Source: an uncultured bacterium
GTDB lineage: Bacteria > Bacillota_I > Bacilli_A > RFN20 > CAG-826
Direction of reading: 5' to 3'
Length of the DNA: 64,000 bases
Assembly: GCA_949295325.1 (NCBI GenBank)
Contig: CASFKG010000001.1
Span: forward strand, 263,665-327,664
The notes under the pieces were generated by a model. That model worked only from the letters and a program-made list of their open reading frames with translations. It made no database searches and was not told where the DNA came from. The position numbers and the translations under genes are program-made. This document shows positions 47,369 to 57,075 of the stretch, in pieces (the first letter of the stretch is position 1; the number at the start of each line of letters is the position of its first letter).

Positions 47369-49102
47369 TTAGGCCCTGTTGGCCTTCCTGCGCCTGATGG
47401 CGAGGTAGATGGCAACGCCGGCAACGGCGACTATCATCGCGGAACCGACGCCGATGACGGTGTAGGTAACCGTGTCATTGTTGAAGTTTCCGTTCCAGGC
47501 ACCAGCAGTGACTTCGTAAGGATTGATATCACCGACAGCGGAAGCCCAGGCTTCGTAACGTTCCCTGGCTTTTAAGACATTACCTTCGCCCGCTGTGCTG
47601 AAAGCGGTCTGGTCTTCGCTGCTCATTCCGAGGAAGTGGGCCTTCGCAATTTCGTATTTATAGTTGCACTGGTTGCCGGTTTCGGCACCGAGGATGTAGT
47701 CGGTCAGGCGTTCAACGCTGTATTCGGCGGCAACTACCTCGTAGCCAGAATTGAGTTCGAAGATGGAACCATTATGAATATATATTTCGCCATAGACGAC
47801 AACGTACTGGCCTTTTGCGACAAGAGCATTGTCATCTCTGGAGGTGTCGTAGAGCTGGATGGTATTGACCCCGTTAATATACCCGAGATCATCGCTGATT
47901 TCGGGATCGGTGTTGATGTTTGCGTTGGCATCGGCAATTTCAAAGGCGGTTCTCCAATTGTCCTCCTCGTAAATGTTGTCACTGACAACATAGCCGGCTA
48001 CGAGGACCATATCACCTTTGCTGGACTGCAGGGCTTCGGCGACAGTAAGCGGAGCAAGAATATTAACGGTGATGGTAGCCGATGCGGATACATCCCCCGC
48101 CTTGGCGGTTACGGTAACGGTAGCGGTTCCAGTTCCTTCAAAACCATCGGCGACAGTAATGACGGCAGACGCTCCGTCCGGAGTAACCGTAATGGCATCG
48201 GCGGCATCTTCTTTGGCCCATTCGTAGGTAACTTCGCCGTCAATGTTCTGAACGCTGGCAGTGACAGATGTAGTCGCAAGGGATCCGCCGATACCGGAAT
48301 ATATGGTTACTTCCCGAGTCGAAAGGTTGACTACCGGTTCGGTGTCGGCTGGCAAGGCATAGACGAAAACCGGAGCGTAGTTCTTCTGCAATGAGGTGAA
48401 CTCCGTGACGTTCTTACCGCATCTATAAAAACGGATACCTATGTAGTATGGATTACCGTTACCGCCAAAACGGTTGTAGCAGCAAGCACCAAACTTGTAT
48501 GTGCTGTTTGTATTATTTGTATCGAGTGCATCGTCCCAGTAAAGAACACCGTCGGCGGAGAGCTCAACGTTCGTATTGCTGGTAGCTGTCATTCCGGATT
48601 TGAACGTATATAGGACATCCGAATCATTGGTCAAAGAGATGCTGTTAGAGCCGATGGTATGACTAAAATACTGGCCATTAGTCACGGACTGCAGCTGGAA
48701 TGTATCCCCTGAATCGGAAATTATCGGTGTGAATTGAAGCCATTCGGACGGATCGATGCTGTAACTGCCGGTATTGTTTGATACTCCGGAGAAACCATTC
48801 AAAGATAGTGAAAGATCGTTAATCATAAAGCCGTCATACTCAGTTTCGAGGTTTCCAAGTATGACCTTACGTCCGGCTTCGGCAACGGCCGAAAGTTCTT
48901 CGACGGTGTCGATTTTCTCATAATTTGCGGAAAATTCTGCATCCGTAGTAGCGTTCGCCCCTACGTAATCTGTTGATGTGGCTACATGGGCCGCTCCCAA
49001 AACCACCGCGGCTCCCGCGGCGGCCAGAAGCAGGCCTATCGGCTTTTTCTTCATTGCTTTCTTTCCTCCTAAGCAATTATCGATAGCCATGCCTTGCTGC
49101 AT
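47369..49102 (-). CDS. Secreted surface protein with Ig-like repeats, anchored by a C-terminal TM helix
   Basis: Signal peptide MKKKPIGLLLAAAGAAVVLGAA. The C-terminus is a hydrophobic helix followed by RRRKANRA. No LPXTG. Confidence 0.65.
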   Translation of the reverse strand: MQQGMAIDNCLGGKKAMKKKPIGLLLAAAGAAVVLGAAHVATSTDYVGANATTDAEFSANYEKIDTVEELSAVAEAGRKVILGNLETEYDGFMINDLSLSLNGFSGVSNNTGSYSIDPSEWLQFTPIISDSGDTFQLQSVTNGQYFSHTIGSNSISLTNDSDVLYTFKSGMTATSNTNVELSADGVLYWDDALDTNNTNSTYKFGACCYNRFGGNGNPYYIGIRFYRCGKNVTEFTSLQKNYAPVFVYALPADTEPVVNLSTREVTIYSGIGGSLATTSVTASVQNIDGEVTYEWAKEDAADAITVTPDGASAVITVADGFEGTGTATVTVTAKAGDVSASATITVNILAPLTVAEALQSSKGDMVLVAGYVVSDNIYEEDNWRTAFEIADANANINTDPEISDDLGYINGVNTIQLYDTSRDDNALVAKGQYVVVYGEIYIHNGSIFELNSGYEVVAAEYSVERLTDYILGAETGNQCNYKYEIAKAHFLGMSSEDQTAFSTAGEGNVLKARERYEAWASAVGDINPYEVTAGAWNGNFNNDTVTYTVIGVGSAMIVAVAGVAIYLAIRRRKANRA

Positions 49103-49154
49103 GGGTATAAGGGTTTCGGCAAGAATGCCCTTAGACAGAAAACTATTATCGATG

Positions 49155-49176
49155 CAAAAAAGCCCCTCGAAAGGGG
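49155..49176 (-). terminator. Rho-independent terminator (GCCCCTcgaaAGGGGC plus U6 on the minus strand)
   Basis: aaaaaa gcccctcgaaaggggc, read directly. Confidence 0.65.
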
Positions 49177-49284
49177 CTAATGCTGAATAAATTCAGCATT
49201 AATCAAAATGTAAATCGGGGCAACCTAAACCCCGATGAGGGGGTCCCTAGGGAAAGACTCAGGACCCCCGATCGAGGTTGTGTA

Positions 49285-50844
49285 TTAGGCCCTATTGGCC
49301 TTCCTGCGCCTGATGGCGAGGTAGATGGCGACGCCGGCAACGGCGACTATCATCGCGGAACCGACGCCTATGACGGTGTAGGTAACCGTGTCGTTGTTGA
49401 AGTTTCCGTTCCAGACACCGGCGGTGGCGGCGTAGGCATCGGTGTCCCCCATGGCGGAGGCCCAGGCTTCGTAACGTTCCCTCGCGGCGGCGATGGTCCC
49501 GTCGGCGGAGGTCTTGAACGTGGTCTGTTCCTCCTCGCTCATGCCGAGGAAGTGGGCCTTGGCGATTCCGTATTTGAATTCGCATTGGGTCTCGACTTCG
49601 GAGCCGAGGACGAAGTCGGCGAGACGGGTAGTATTGTTCTCGGCAGAGACGACTTCATAGCCGGAGTTGATTTCTAAGATAGAGCCGAATTTCGTGTAAT
49701 CGCCGTAAATGAGAACGTATTGCCCTTTGGCCACCAACTGCCGACCATTATGGGTATTGTCATAAAGCTGAATGCTCGTAACGCCGTTTTGATAGTTGGC
49801 AGTGATATCGGCATCGGCTATTTCAAAACGGGTATAGGAAACCCCGTTGCCGAAGTCGTCGCATACGACATACCCGCCAAGAAGAATCTTGGTGTCGAGT
49901 AACGCTTCGTTAGCAATGGCTTCCTTGACGGTAATCGGGGCCAAAACCCTGATATCGATGGTATCGGTGACATCACCGACGGCAACCTGAATGGTGGCAA
50001 TGCCGGAAGTGGCGCCCTCCTTTGCGGTTACTTCGACGTCCTTGGTGTCGGTCGCACTTAAACTAACCAGTTCGTCGCCGGCAAGAATGGTCCATTGATA
50101 AGACGGTTCATCTACTCCTAAGACGGTAGCGGAGAGGGTCGTGCTTAAGTCGATTGCGTCCGATACATAGGGATTATCCGTGGTGATTTCAACCGAGGCT
50201 TCGACTTCTACCGGGCTAGTCCAAATCTTGATGTACTTGTACCCAACTTGATTGCCTGTAGTCTGATTGAAGCTTACCACATTGGATGGGGCGGGCAAAA
50301 CGAGTTGGCCGGTTGATCCATCGGAATAAGTCTTGAAGAAGCTTGATTGATTGAGCAAAGTGGATCCGCCCGCTTCGACAACAATGGTTGGCTGTTTGGT
50401 TGTCCATTGCTCAAATCCGAATTCGATTGCATAAATAAGAGTGTCGGCTTCGGTAACGGTAAACGTGTTGTTAGACGACTTGCTTACCGGCATGTCGGTA
50501 ATGGTTCCGGTTTGCTTGTTTGCACTAGAGAAAGAAATTGTAGCTGCTGGCAATTCTTTGTCAGAAAAACTTGTCGTATCAATAGATCTTGACGTGTAGC
50601 TACTACTCCAATCGGAATTGTAATTTGAAAATTCCTTCTGGAGATCGTAGAGATATGAGCCGTCTGTCTCTACCGCGTAAGCGCCCTCAATAGGAGTGGC
50701 AATGCTCTGTAACACCCCCCCAGTCAATCCGACCAGGGCGGCCGCTGCTCCGAGGAGCAGGCCTGTCTTCACTTTCATTTCTTTCCTCCGTTTTTTGCTT
50801 AGATTCAGTGAATATTGGGGATGTGGAATATATGTCGCGGCCAA
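49285..50844 (-). CDS. Paralogous secreted surface protein (tandem duplicate of the upstream gene)
   Basis: The last ~45 aa are identical to those of the 47369-49102 product, and the 3' ~133 nt are about 97% identical. Confidence 0.65.
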   Translation of the reverse strand: MAATYIPHPQYSLNLSKKRRKEMKVKTGLLLGAAAALVGLTGGVLQSIATPIEGAYAVETDGSYLYDLQKEFSNYNSDWSSSYTSRSIDTTSFSDKELPAATISFSSANKQTGTITDMPVSKSSNNTFTVTEADTLIYAIEFGFEQWTTKQPTIVVEAGGSTLLNQSSFFKTYSDGSTGQLVLPAPSNVVSFNQTTGNQVGYKYIKIWTSPVEVEASVEITTDNPYVSDAIDLSTTLSATVLGVDEPSYQWTILAGDELVSLSATDTKDVEVTAKEGATSGIATIQVAVGDVTDTIDIRVLAPITVKEAIANEALLDTKILLGGYVVCDDFGNGVSYTRFEIADADITANYQNGVTSIQLYDNTHNGRQLVAKGQYVLIYGDYTKFGSILEINSGYEVVSAENNTTRLADFVLGSEVETQCEFKYGIAKAHFLGMSEEEQTTFKTSADGTIAAARERYEAWASAMGDTDAYAATAGVWNGNFNNDTVTYTVIGVGSAMIVAVAGVAIYLAIRRRKANRA

Positions 50845-50963
50845 AACCGCTTCACGGAAGTTTATTATCGGTGTCCAGCCGGACGAAAGGGCCGTATCAG
50901 GGACGTAATACTTTAGTATTATGGCAATTGTAAAGATACGGCCCTAATGCGTCGTTTGCTGAA

Positions 50964-50993
50964 GCAAAAGCGGGCCCGCACGGGGACCCGCTT
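50964..50993 (-). terminator. GC-rich hairpin (aagcgggcccgcacggggacccgctt) with a short U-tract on the minus strand
   Basis: Read directly, downstream of the 855-aa surface-protein gene. Confidence 0.45.
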
Positions 50994-51011
50994 AATTGCT
51001 TGATGAAGGAG

Positions 51012-53579
51012 TTATCGGGCCCTTCTACGGCGACGGAGGCAATATAGCCCGGCAAAACCGGTAATGAGGGCCAACGAACCGACGGCGATGATGGAGATGA
51101 GGGAATCGTTCTCCCCTTCGCCGAAGAATAGACCGGGTATGCTTTCCGGAGCATTAGCTTTCATAGCGATGGCATCGGCCTTGTCTTTTACCGTGCAGCG
51201 GTTATAGACAACGCCGTTTTCGTGAGCAGTGTCGCCATCGGAATAGTCATCAATCATGATGCTATTGAGGATCGACGAATCCGCGTACTCTTTATAGGCC
51301 TCGTCAAGCTCCGTAAAGTTGGTAGTGCTAGCACAGACATCGGCAGATTCGATCTTTTTGGCAAGATCGACTATGTCAGCGCCATTGGCTACCTCCTCGG
51401 CATAAACGGTGATGCTCTTTAGATAAGCAGTCGTGCTACTGCCAGTACTCTTATTGATTTTTATTTCAATGTGTCCGGCGATATCGCCAAAATCGGAACA
51501 ATCGAATACATAGTCGGTGGCATCACCATCCAAGCGATTCCCGTCTGTGCTTAGCGGAACATTCCCAATCGATACGTTCAGATACGCGTTCGCACTGCCA
51601 GCGGCAGAAGCATTAACCACAATCTTTTTGATGGCTATCTTGTCGCCTACTCCGAATATATCGGAACGTAGCGATACGAAACTGATGTCTGCCCCAAACG
51701 ATTGACCACGTCCTTTGCTTGAATCGTAGCCAAAAGAAGGCGAAGAGTCATCGCATTCAACACTGACATCCCAAATTAGGCCGAGATCACCCAAATCGAC
51801 GGGCCCGACCCTTGAAATAGGGGCTGATTTTTCGGGAACAGTGAACTGATAAGCAGGTCCGACATATTTATCCACGGACACATCAAATTCATAAATATCG
51901 GTTTGGTACCCTTTGTAGGTAGCGTAGACCGAAACACTCTCGGTGCCAACCGCAGGGGATTCGGGATACCATACGAAATCAGCCAAAGAAGTAATATCCG
52001 CCGATTCACCATCGCTATAATGGGCGGTAGCGGAAAGGCCTTCAGAACTCCATTGTTCGTTATCGAGGTAGTCAGTCCTCCCTAAACCGCCATCAAGAGT
52101 CAGGGAGACAATATCTCTTTCGGCAATTGCCCAAGTAAAGGTAATTTTGTCAAGATACAAGGCCGAGCCTTCGTCACAGACAATGACATATCCATATTCC
52201 CCATCGGCGGTCCAGCTAGTCTGACCCTCATTATTGTCTATCACACCATTCGGCTTGCCTTTAGATGTGTAGTCTTCTATCGAATCGAACTTCGTCTCAG
52301 AACAATATATGGAAAGTTGCCTATTCTTGGCCGTTTTTGAATTCCATTCGACTTCTATAGAAACAAGAGTGCCAACGGAAGTCGTGTTCATAATTCCGTG
52401 AGTGCTGTCGTCATTGAACTGAAGTGTATCGTCACTAGCACCGGTGAAACCATAATAGGTAGTACCCGACCCGTCTTTAGCTTCAAAAGTCCATGTTTTG
52501 TAGGAGGTTGTAGAATCGCCAGGCCTTACAATAGAATTCGTTAGAACATCGCTAGAAAGCGAAATCATTTTGATGCCGTTTATTTCAAACGACTGTGTCA
52601 AATTCTCATAGGAAGCGATAACAGTAACGGCTGTAACACCGCTAGCAGGTTCAGCGGGATCAGCACTCCAAGTGACTTTGCCGGTAACATCAATTCCGGC
52701 AGGCTGGCCAGTAACAGTCAAACCTGAGTAATCCCAACTTTCGCCAACGGAATAGTTCTTCTTTAACATATCGCCGCTTATGACGATCTCATTGATTTCG
52801 GGCTCTACAACGGTGATGGCCAAATCAAAATACGGATAGTCGTCAGACCCTTCGGCAGTGGGATAAACACTGGTGAATCGAATATTATTGTCTCCTAGTT
52901 TTGCGGTGGTTTCTCCGAAAACAAGGGGTTCCCTTTCTTCGTAAACACCATCATTAAGAGTGCCGACGGAGACGCTGTAGTCATCACTTGTCGTCTCACT
53001 TCCGTCTGATTTGGTTACATCAACAATGAAATCGTTTTCTTGGAAAAGGTAGCCAGCATTAAACGAGTCGTTACCGATAGCAAAAATTTCGCTCGCGGTT
53101 ATATCCGGGGTATCCACGAATGTAACAGTGATTTTACTAACCGCAATATTTCCACTACCTGTGTTGTTGTTTTGAATGGTAACAGAACCAGAATTAATGT
53201 CAGTTATAGTAAGGGAACTTACATCCCATGTGCCAAGATTACAACTAAGGTTTTCAAAGAGATGTGTCTTGTTTTTGGTAGCTGTTAGTTTGACAGAATA
53301 AAGGTCCTTACCAACATTTGATGATATTACGAATTGGTTTTTAACGTACAAGCGCAAACCATCGGAATAGTGTGCAGGATCATTGCTACCACCATTTTTA
53401 TTCGCCGTCCATTTAATTCCTTCACTATCTCCGGATGCGCTATCAATGCTAACTGTAACGGTATCACCGGCTTCCGCCCTGACTTCCGCCGCAGGATTGG
53501 CCCCGACGGCTACGCCTATCGTGCCGGCCAAAAAGCCCACGGCCATGCCAAACGCGGCGATGATGCTTTTTCTACCCAT
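51012..53579 (-). CDS. Large secreted surface protein (855 aa) with a C-terminal TM anchor
   Basis: Signal-like N-terminus and the C-terminal IIAVGSLALITGFAGLYCLRRRRRAR. No LPXTG. Confidence 0.6.
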   Translation of the reverse strand: MGRKSIIAAFGMAVGFLAGTIGVAVGANPAAEVRAEAGDTVTVSIDSASGDSEGIKWTANKNGGSNDPAHYSDGLRLYVKNQFVISSNVGKDLYSVKLTATKNKTHLFENLSCNLGTWDVSSLTITDINSGSVTIQNNNTGSGNIAVSKITVTFVDTPDITASEIFAIGNDSFNAGYLFQENDFIVDVTKSDGSETTSDDYSVSVGTLNDGVYEEREPLVFGETTAKLGDNNIRFTSVYPTAEGSDDYPYFDLAITVVEPEINEIVISGDMLKKNYSVGESWDYSGLTVTGQPAGIDVTGKVTWSADPAEPASGVTAVTVIASYENLTQSFEINGIKMISLSSDVLTNSIVRPGDSTTSYKTWTFEAKDGSGTTYYGFTGASDDTLQFNDDSTHGIMNTTSVGTLVSIEVEWNSKTAKNRQLSIYCSETKFDSIEDYTSKGKPNGVIDNNEGQTSWTADGEYGYVIVCDEGSALYLDKITFTWAIAERDIVSLTLDGGLGRTDYLDNEQWSSEGLSATAHYSDGESADITSLADFVWYPESPAVGTESVSVYATYKGYQTDIYEFDVSVDKYVGPAYQFTVPEKSAPISRVGPVDLGDLGLIWDVSVECDDSSPSFGYDSSKGRGQSFGADISFVSLRSDIFGVGDKIAIKKIVVNASAAGSANAYLNVSIGNVPLSTDGNRLDGDATDYVFDCSDFGDIAGHIEIKINKSTGSSTTAYLKSITVYAEEVANGADIVDLAKKIESADVCASTTNFTELDEAYKEYADSSILNSIMIDDYSDGDTAHENGVVYNRCTVKDKADAIAMKANAPESIPGLFFGEGENDSLISIIAVGSLALITGFAGLYCLRRRRRAR

Positions 53580-53827
53580 GTTGCTTCTTTCCCCCGAGTC
53601 AAAGGTTACGTGTTTAACGCACGGGCATAAGGAAACTGCAGACGAACTTTCCCTAAACCGAAACTTAATGTCGCCCGCGCGTATGTAAGGGACAACTTAA
53701 ATACGCACTATATACCTTAAGGTATATGGTAAATTGTAAAGCGGCTGTATTCCAAGATATCCCCGGTACTTAAAAAAGTGAAGGGATAGGTGTTCTGAAA
53801 TTCAGAGGAAGCGCCGGCGGCGGATGG

Positions 53828-54436
53828 TCATTCGTTCCCGGTAAGTCTGTCGACCCCGGTAAACTCGAGGAAATGCGGCAATTGCCTCAACGCGTCGCAG
53901 AAAACGTGCCATTCCTTCAGGCGGTGGTTATGCCTTTGTATGTACATGGTCTTCAGCTGCTGGTAGTTGGTGACCATCGTGGCCCCGAGGCAGAAACCCG
54001 AAGGAAGGGAGGCGACGAGGACCCTCCACATGGCTTTCTTCCTCTCCGCCTCCTCGTCGCTTATCGCGTTATATTGGGCGACGAGTTCCTTCATCCGTGC
54101 CAATATGGCATCGTCTACTTCCTCCACGCATTGGGCGGAAATGTCGAATTTCAGAAGGCAATGCATCGTCGACTCCGAGCTTACGAAATCGAACCAGTGG
54201 TACCTCTGCGCTTCCTTCCACCAGTAAAGGGGCGCGACCACGTCCATGTGGACCACGATGCCCTTAAGGTAGTTGTCGTGGCCCAGGCCGTTTCTTGTGG
54301 CCCCGAGGCGTTCGGCCCTTAGATAGTCTTTCTCGCTGGGAGCACCCGTGTCGATTTTGACCCTCATCGGGTTGCCGCTGGCCTTCACGGCCCTTTCTAG
54401 TCCGTAGACGATGATGTTGGAAACACTATATTCCAT
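53828..54436 (-). CDS. ThyX-family (flavin-dependent thymidylate synthase-like) protein with a non-canonical active-site motif
   Basis: Resembles ThyX around APLYWWKEAQRYH...S, but canonical RHR-x7-S reads RYH-x7-E here. Overlaps folD by 11 nt. Confidence 0.45.
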   Translation of the reverse strand: MEYSVSNIIVYGLERAVKASGNPMRVKIDTGAPSEKDYLRAERLGATRNGLGHDNYLKGIVVHMDVVAPLYWWKEAQRYHWFDFVSSESTMHCLLKFDISAQCVEEVDDAILARMKELVAQYNAISDEEAERKKAMWRVLVASLPSGFCLGATMVTNYQQLKTMYIQRHNHRLKEWHVFCDALRQLPHFLEFTGVDRLTGNE

Positions 54437-55232
54437 GGCGGTACGCCTCCATTACGTTCCTTAATAGGCTAACCCTAGTCAATAGCCCCACTCCCCCGGG
54501 GACCGGCGTCTGCAGATAGACGGGTAGGCCGGGCACGGCATCGCCGTGCAGGCGGCCGTCGCTCCCCCTCGATATCCCGACGTCCACGATAACCGCGGAC
54601 GGTTTATAGGAATAACGGGCATCGGCCAATCCGGCTTTGCCGGTGGCAAGGCAGAGGAGGTCGGCGTGGGCAATGTAGAAGGAGCGGTCTTCTTCCTTGG
54701 TCTTGCTATGGAGGACCGTGACGTTCATGTCGCGCGAGAGCAACAGCTTAGCAAGGGGCTTGCCCACGATGTTGCTGCGGCCGATGACGACCGCGTTGAG
54801 CCCCTTGAAGGGGAAACCCAGGAAATCGAGGTAGTCCACTATGCCTTTCGGGGTACAGGGGACGAACCGCGATAGGGGCGAAAAACCGTCGATGTCCTTC
54901 TTAGGCGGTATCAAGGAGAGTATCCGTCCTTCGTCTATATGCCTCGGCAAAGGCAATTGGACGATCATCCCGTCGACCGACCGGTCCAGGGCGATGGTTT
55001 CGACTTCCCTGGCCAATTCGTCTTCCGCGACGTTCTCATCGTACTGGTGGACGACGGCTTCCATGCCGACCTCGCCGGCGTCCCTGACCTTTCCCTTGAC
55101 GTAGGAATCGCTGCCCACGTCGTGGCCGACCTTGACGATGGCGAAACGGGGCTTCCGGCTTAGCCCTTCTATTTCCTCCTTGAGGGAGGATTTGATACCG
55201 GAAACGTATTCCTTGATGGATGTCGTAAGCAT
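54426..55232 (-). CDS. folD: Bifunctional methylene-THF dehydrogenase/methenyl-THF cyclohydrolase
   Basis: FAIVKVGHDVGSDSYVKGKVR...GMIVQLPLP...VIGRSNIVGKPLAKLL: FolD hallmarks. Confidence 0.9.
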   Translation of the reverse strand: MLTTSIKEYVSGIKSSLKEEIEGLSRKPRFAIVKVGHDVGSDSYVKGKVRDAGEVGMEAVVHQYDENVAEDELAREVETIALDRSVDGMIVQLPLPRHIDEGRILSLIPPKKDIDGFSPLSRFVPCTPKGIVDYLDFLGFPFKGLNAVVIGRSNIVGKPLAKLLLSRDMNVTVLHSKTKEEDRSFYIAHADLLCLATGKAGLADARYSYKPSAVIVDVGISRGSDGRLHGDAVPGLPVYLQTPVPGGVGLLTRVSLLRNVMEAYRHGI

Positions 55233-55311
55233 GGCAATAGGTTAGCGCGATACATGGGCCTAAGAAAGCAAAAAAGCGGGCAACGGCCCGCCTGTTAAGC
55301 CAACTCTTTCC

Positions 55312-55605
55312 TTATAGGAGGCCAAGGACCGCGAAGGCCGCCGCGCTGGAGGCGGTTTCGGTGGAATCCCCGCTTCCCGCGGTGGTCATCACCATGATGA
55401 GGACCGCGAAGAAGAGCCAGAGAATGGCGAATCCGAAGGTCAAATAGGATATGACCTTCTCGCTGCCCCTTTCCTTGGTCTTGGCGAAGACGTTGAGGCC
55501 GCCGCCGGTGATCGCGCCGGAAGCGCCTTCGGACTTACCGCCCTGGAGCAAGGCGAGGACGATGACGATCAGGCTGATTATGACAAAGACGTAGTGGTAC
55601 CACAT
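55312..55605 (-). CDS. secG: Preprotein translocase subunit SecG
   Basis: LLQGGKSEGASGAITGG matches the SecG LLQxGKGxGLSG..GG signature; two TM segments; 97 aa. Confidence 0.7.
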   Translation of the reverse strand: MWYHYVFVIISLIVIVLALLQGGKSEGASGAITGGGLNVFAKTKERGSEKVISYLTFGFAILWLFFAVLIMVMTTAGSGDSTETASSAAAFAVLGLL

Positions 55606-55706
55606 GCGTGAAAAATATAGACTCTTCTTTGCCCTAAGGCAAATGTTATCGGAAGAAGGGGCCGGGAAAGAAATTTGCCCGGCCCTCCTTTAGATATTTG
55701 CGGTTG

Positions 55707-56462
55707 CTATTTCCCGGCTTCCGCCGGTTCGGATCCGGCTTCCCCGGCTTCCGCCGCGTCCGTTTCCTTGGCCTTTTCGCCATTCGGGCTTTCGGCCTTC
55801 TTCGAAGGAATGAGCAGCCCGATGACGAACGCCGCGGCGGAGACAAGCGCGAGAAAGGAATAGGCCGCGACCGAATAGGAGGTAGACATGAACACCATCG
55901 CCACGACGAGCACGGCGATGAAGAAGAGGGGCGTCAAGATGCCGTAGGCCGCCGACTTTTTGGCCAGCCCGATAGAATCGAGGCAAAGCCCGGCGGCGGC
56001 AAATAGCATCAGCATGATGCCACCGGCCATCACCGAGCCCGAGGAAGAGCCCGAAGAGAGAATGGAAAGCAGTCCGTTGACAAGGAGCCCGCCTTCGACG
56101 GCCAGGCGGACCAAAACGTCGCTATTCCCGCAAAAGGCGCCCGTTTTCGGGAATAATCCCGGGGCGAGTATGCCGATAAGCTTGACGGCGCCGGCGGAAA
56201 AGACGAAGCAGGCGAAGAGGATTTCGACTAGGCCCATGCAGAGCGGGTAGGCAAAAGACGGCGTCATCCCCACGTATTCGGAGAAGAGGATGGTCAGGTT
56301 CAGTCCTTCGACGAAGAGGAGGATGCCCGAGAGAACGTAGAGCGAAGCGAAGGCGATGCCGGATATCGCTTTTAGGTCGAATCTTTTTTCCATATGTGTA
56401 TCTCCTTTTCGAAAGTCTAGCATATATTCCGCCGCTTTTCCGCGGACCGCTCCTCTAGGCAA
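55707..56462 (-). CDS. Membrane protein of unknown function (true start probably the MEKRFDLK Met)
   Basis: Six hydrophobic segments; I recognise no motifs. Confidence 0.45.
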   Translation of the reverse strand: MPRGAVRGKAAEYMLDFRKGDTHMEKRFDLKAISGIAFASLYVLSGILLFVEGLNLTILFSEYVGMTPSFAYPLCMGLVEILFACFVFSAGAVKLIGILAPGLFPKTGAFCGNSDVLVRLAVEGGLLVNGLLSILSSGSSSGSVMAGGIMLMLFAAAGLCLDSIGLAKKSAAYGILTPLFFIAVLVVAMVFMSTSYSVAAYSFLALVSAAAFVIGLLIPSKKAESPNGEKAKETDAAEAGEAGSEPAEAGK

Positions 56463-57075
56463 AGAGGTCGAGGAGGCTACTTATCTTGGTTCCCCGGTAA
56501 TCCGGATGCTCGTTCCCGCGGTCGATCAGTATCCCGTCGATGCCCGCCCGGGAGGCGCATTCGACGTCCTGCAGGGAATCGCCGACGTATACCGCGTCTT
56601 TTTTCGCGAGCCCCCGGTAGGAGGCGATGCCGGCAAGCAGGCAGTCGGGCTCGGGTTTGGGCTTGTAGTCGACCCCGGAGTATATGCCGTCGAAATATTT
56701 CCTGAGGCCGTTATGCCGAAGGACCTTGTCCACGTGGCTGACCGTGTTCCCGGTGACGACCGAGGCATCGAGCCCGAGGACCTTGAGCTTTCCGAGGAAC
56801 TCCCCTACTTCCTTATAGGGCTTCACCTCGTTTATGGCCGCGTCGGTTTCGAGGGCACTGCCGATTAGCATCCCCCATTTCAGGGCCTTTTCCTTGGGTA
56901 CCTTGGCGAGGAGGGCGGTTTCCTCGAGCGACACGTGTATGTAGCGGCTGGCCTCTTCCCGGCCTATTTCGTAGCCGAGGTAACGGAAACCGGCGTTGTA
57001 TATCTCGACGAGCGAGTCGAGGGTATCGAACAGCGTCCCGTCGAAATCCATGAAGTAGACGCAGTAGCGTTTCAT
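56455..57075 (-). CDS. HAD-superfamily phosphatase
   Basis: HAD motif I FMDFDGTLFDT; 206 aa. Confidence 0.75.
   Translation of the reverse strand: MKRYCVYFMDFDGTLFDTLDSLVEIYNAGFRYLGYEIGREEASRYIHVSLEETALLAKVPKEKALKWGMLIGSALETDAAINEVKPYKEVGEFLGKLKVLGLDASVVTGNTVSHVDKVLRHNGLRKYFDGIYSGVDYKPKPEPDCLLAGIASYRGLAKKDAVYVGDSLQDVECASRAGIDGILIDRGNEHPDYRGTKISSLLDLFA

Noticed and set aside
49180-49677. Plus-strand ORFs at 49180-49677 and 47156-47575 sharing the peptide GPIGLPAPDGEVDG(D/N)AGNGDYHRGTDA
   Set aside because: These are antisense images of the duplicated 3' ends of the two surface-protein genes, not a conserved protein family.
47369-53579. An LPXTG or other sortase sorting signal before the C-terminal hydrophobic segment of the three surface proteins
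   Set aside because: I searched the ~40 residues upstream of each C-terminal TM segment and found no LPXTG, LPXAG or NPQTN-like motif, so I annotated them as TM-anchored rather than sortase substrates.
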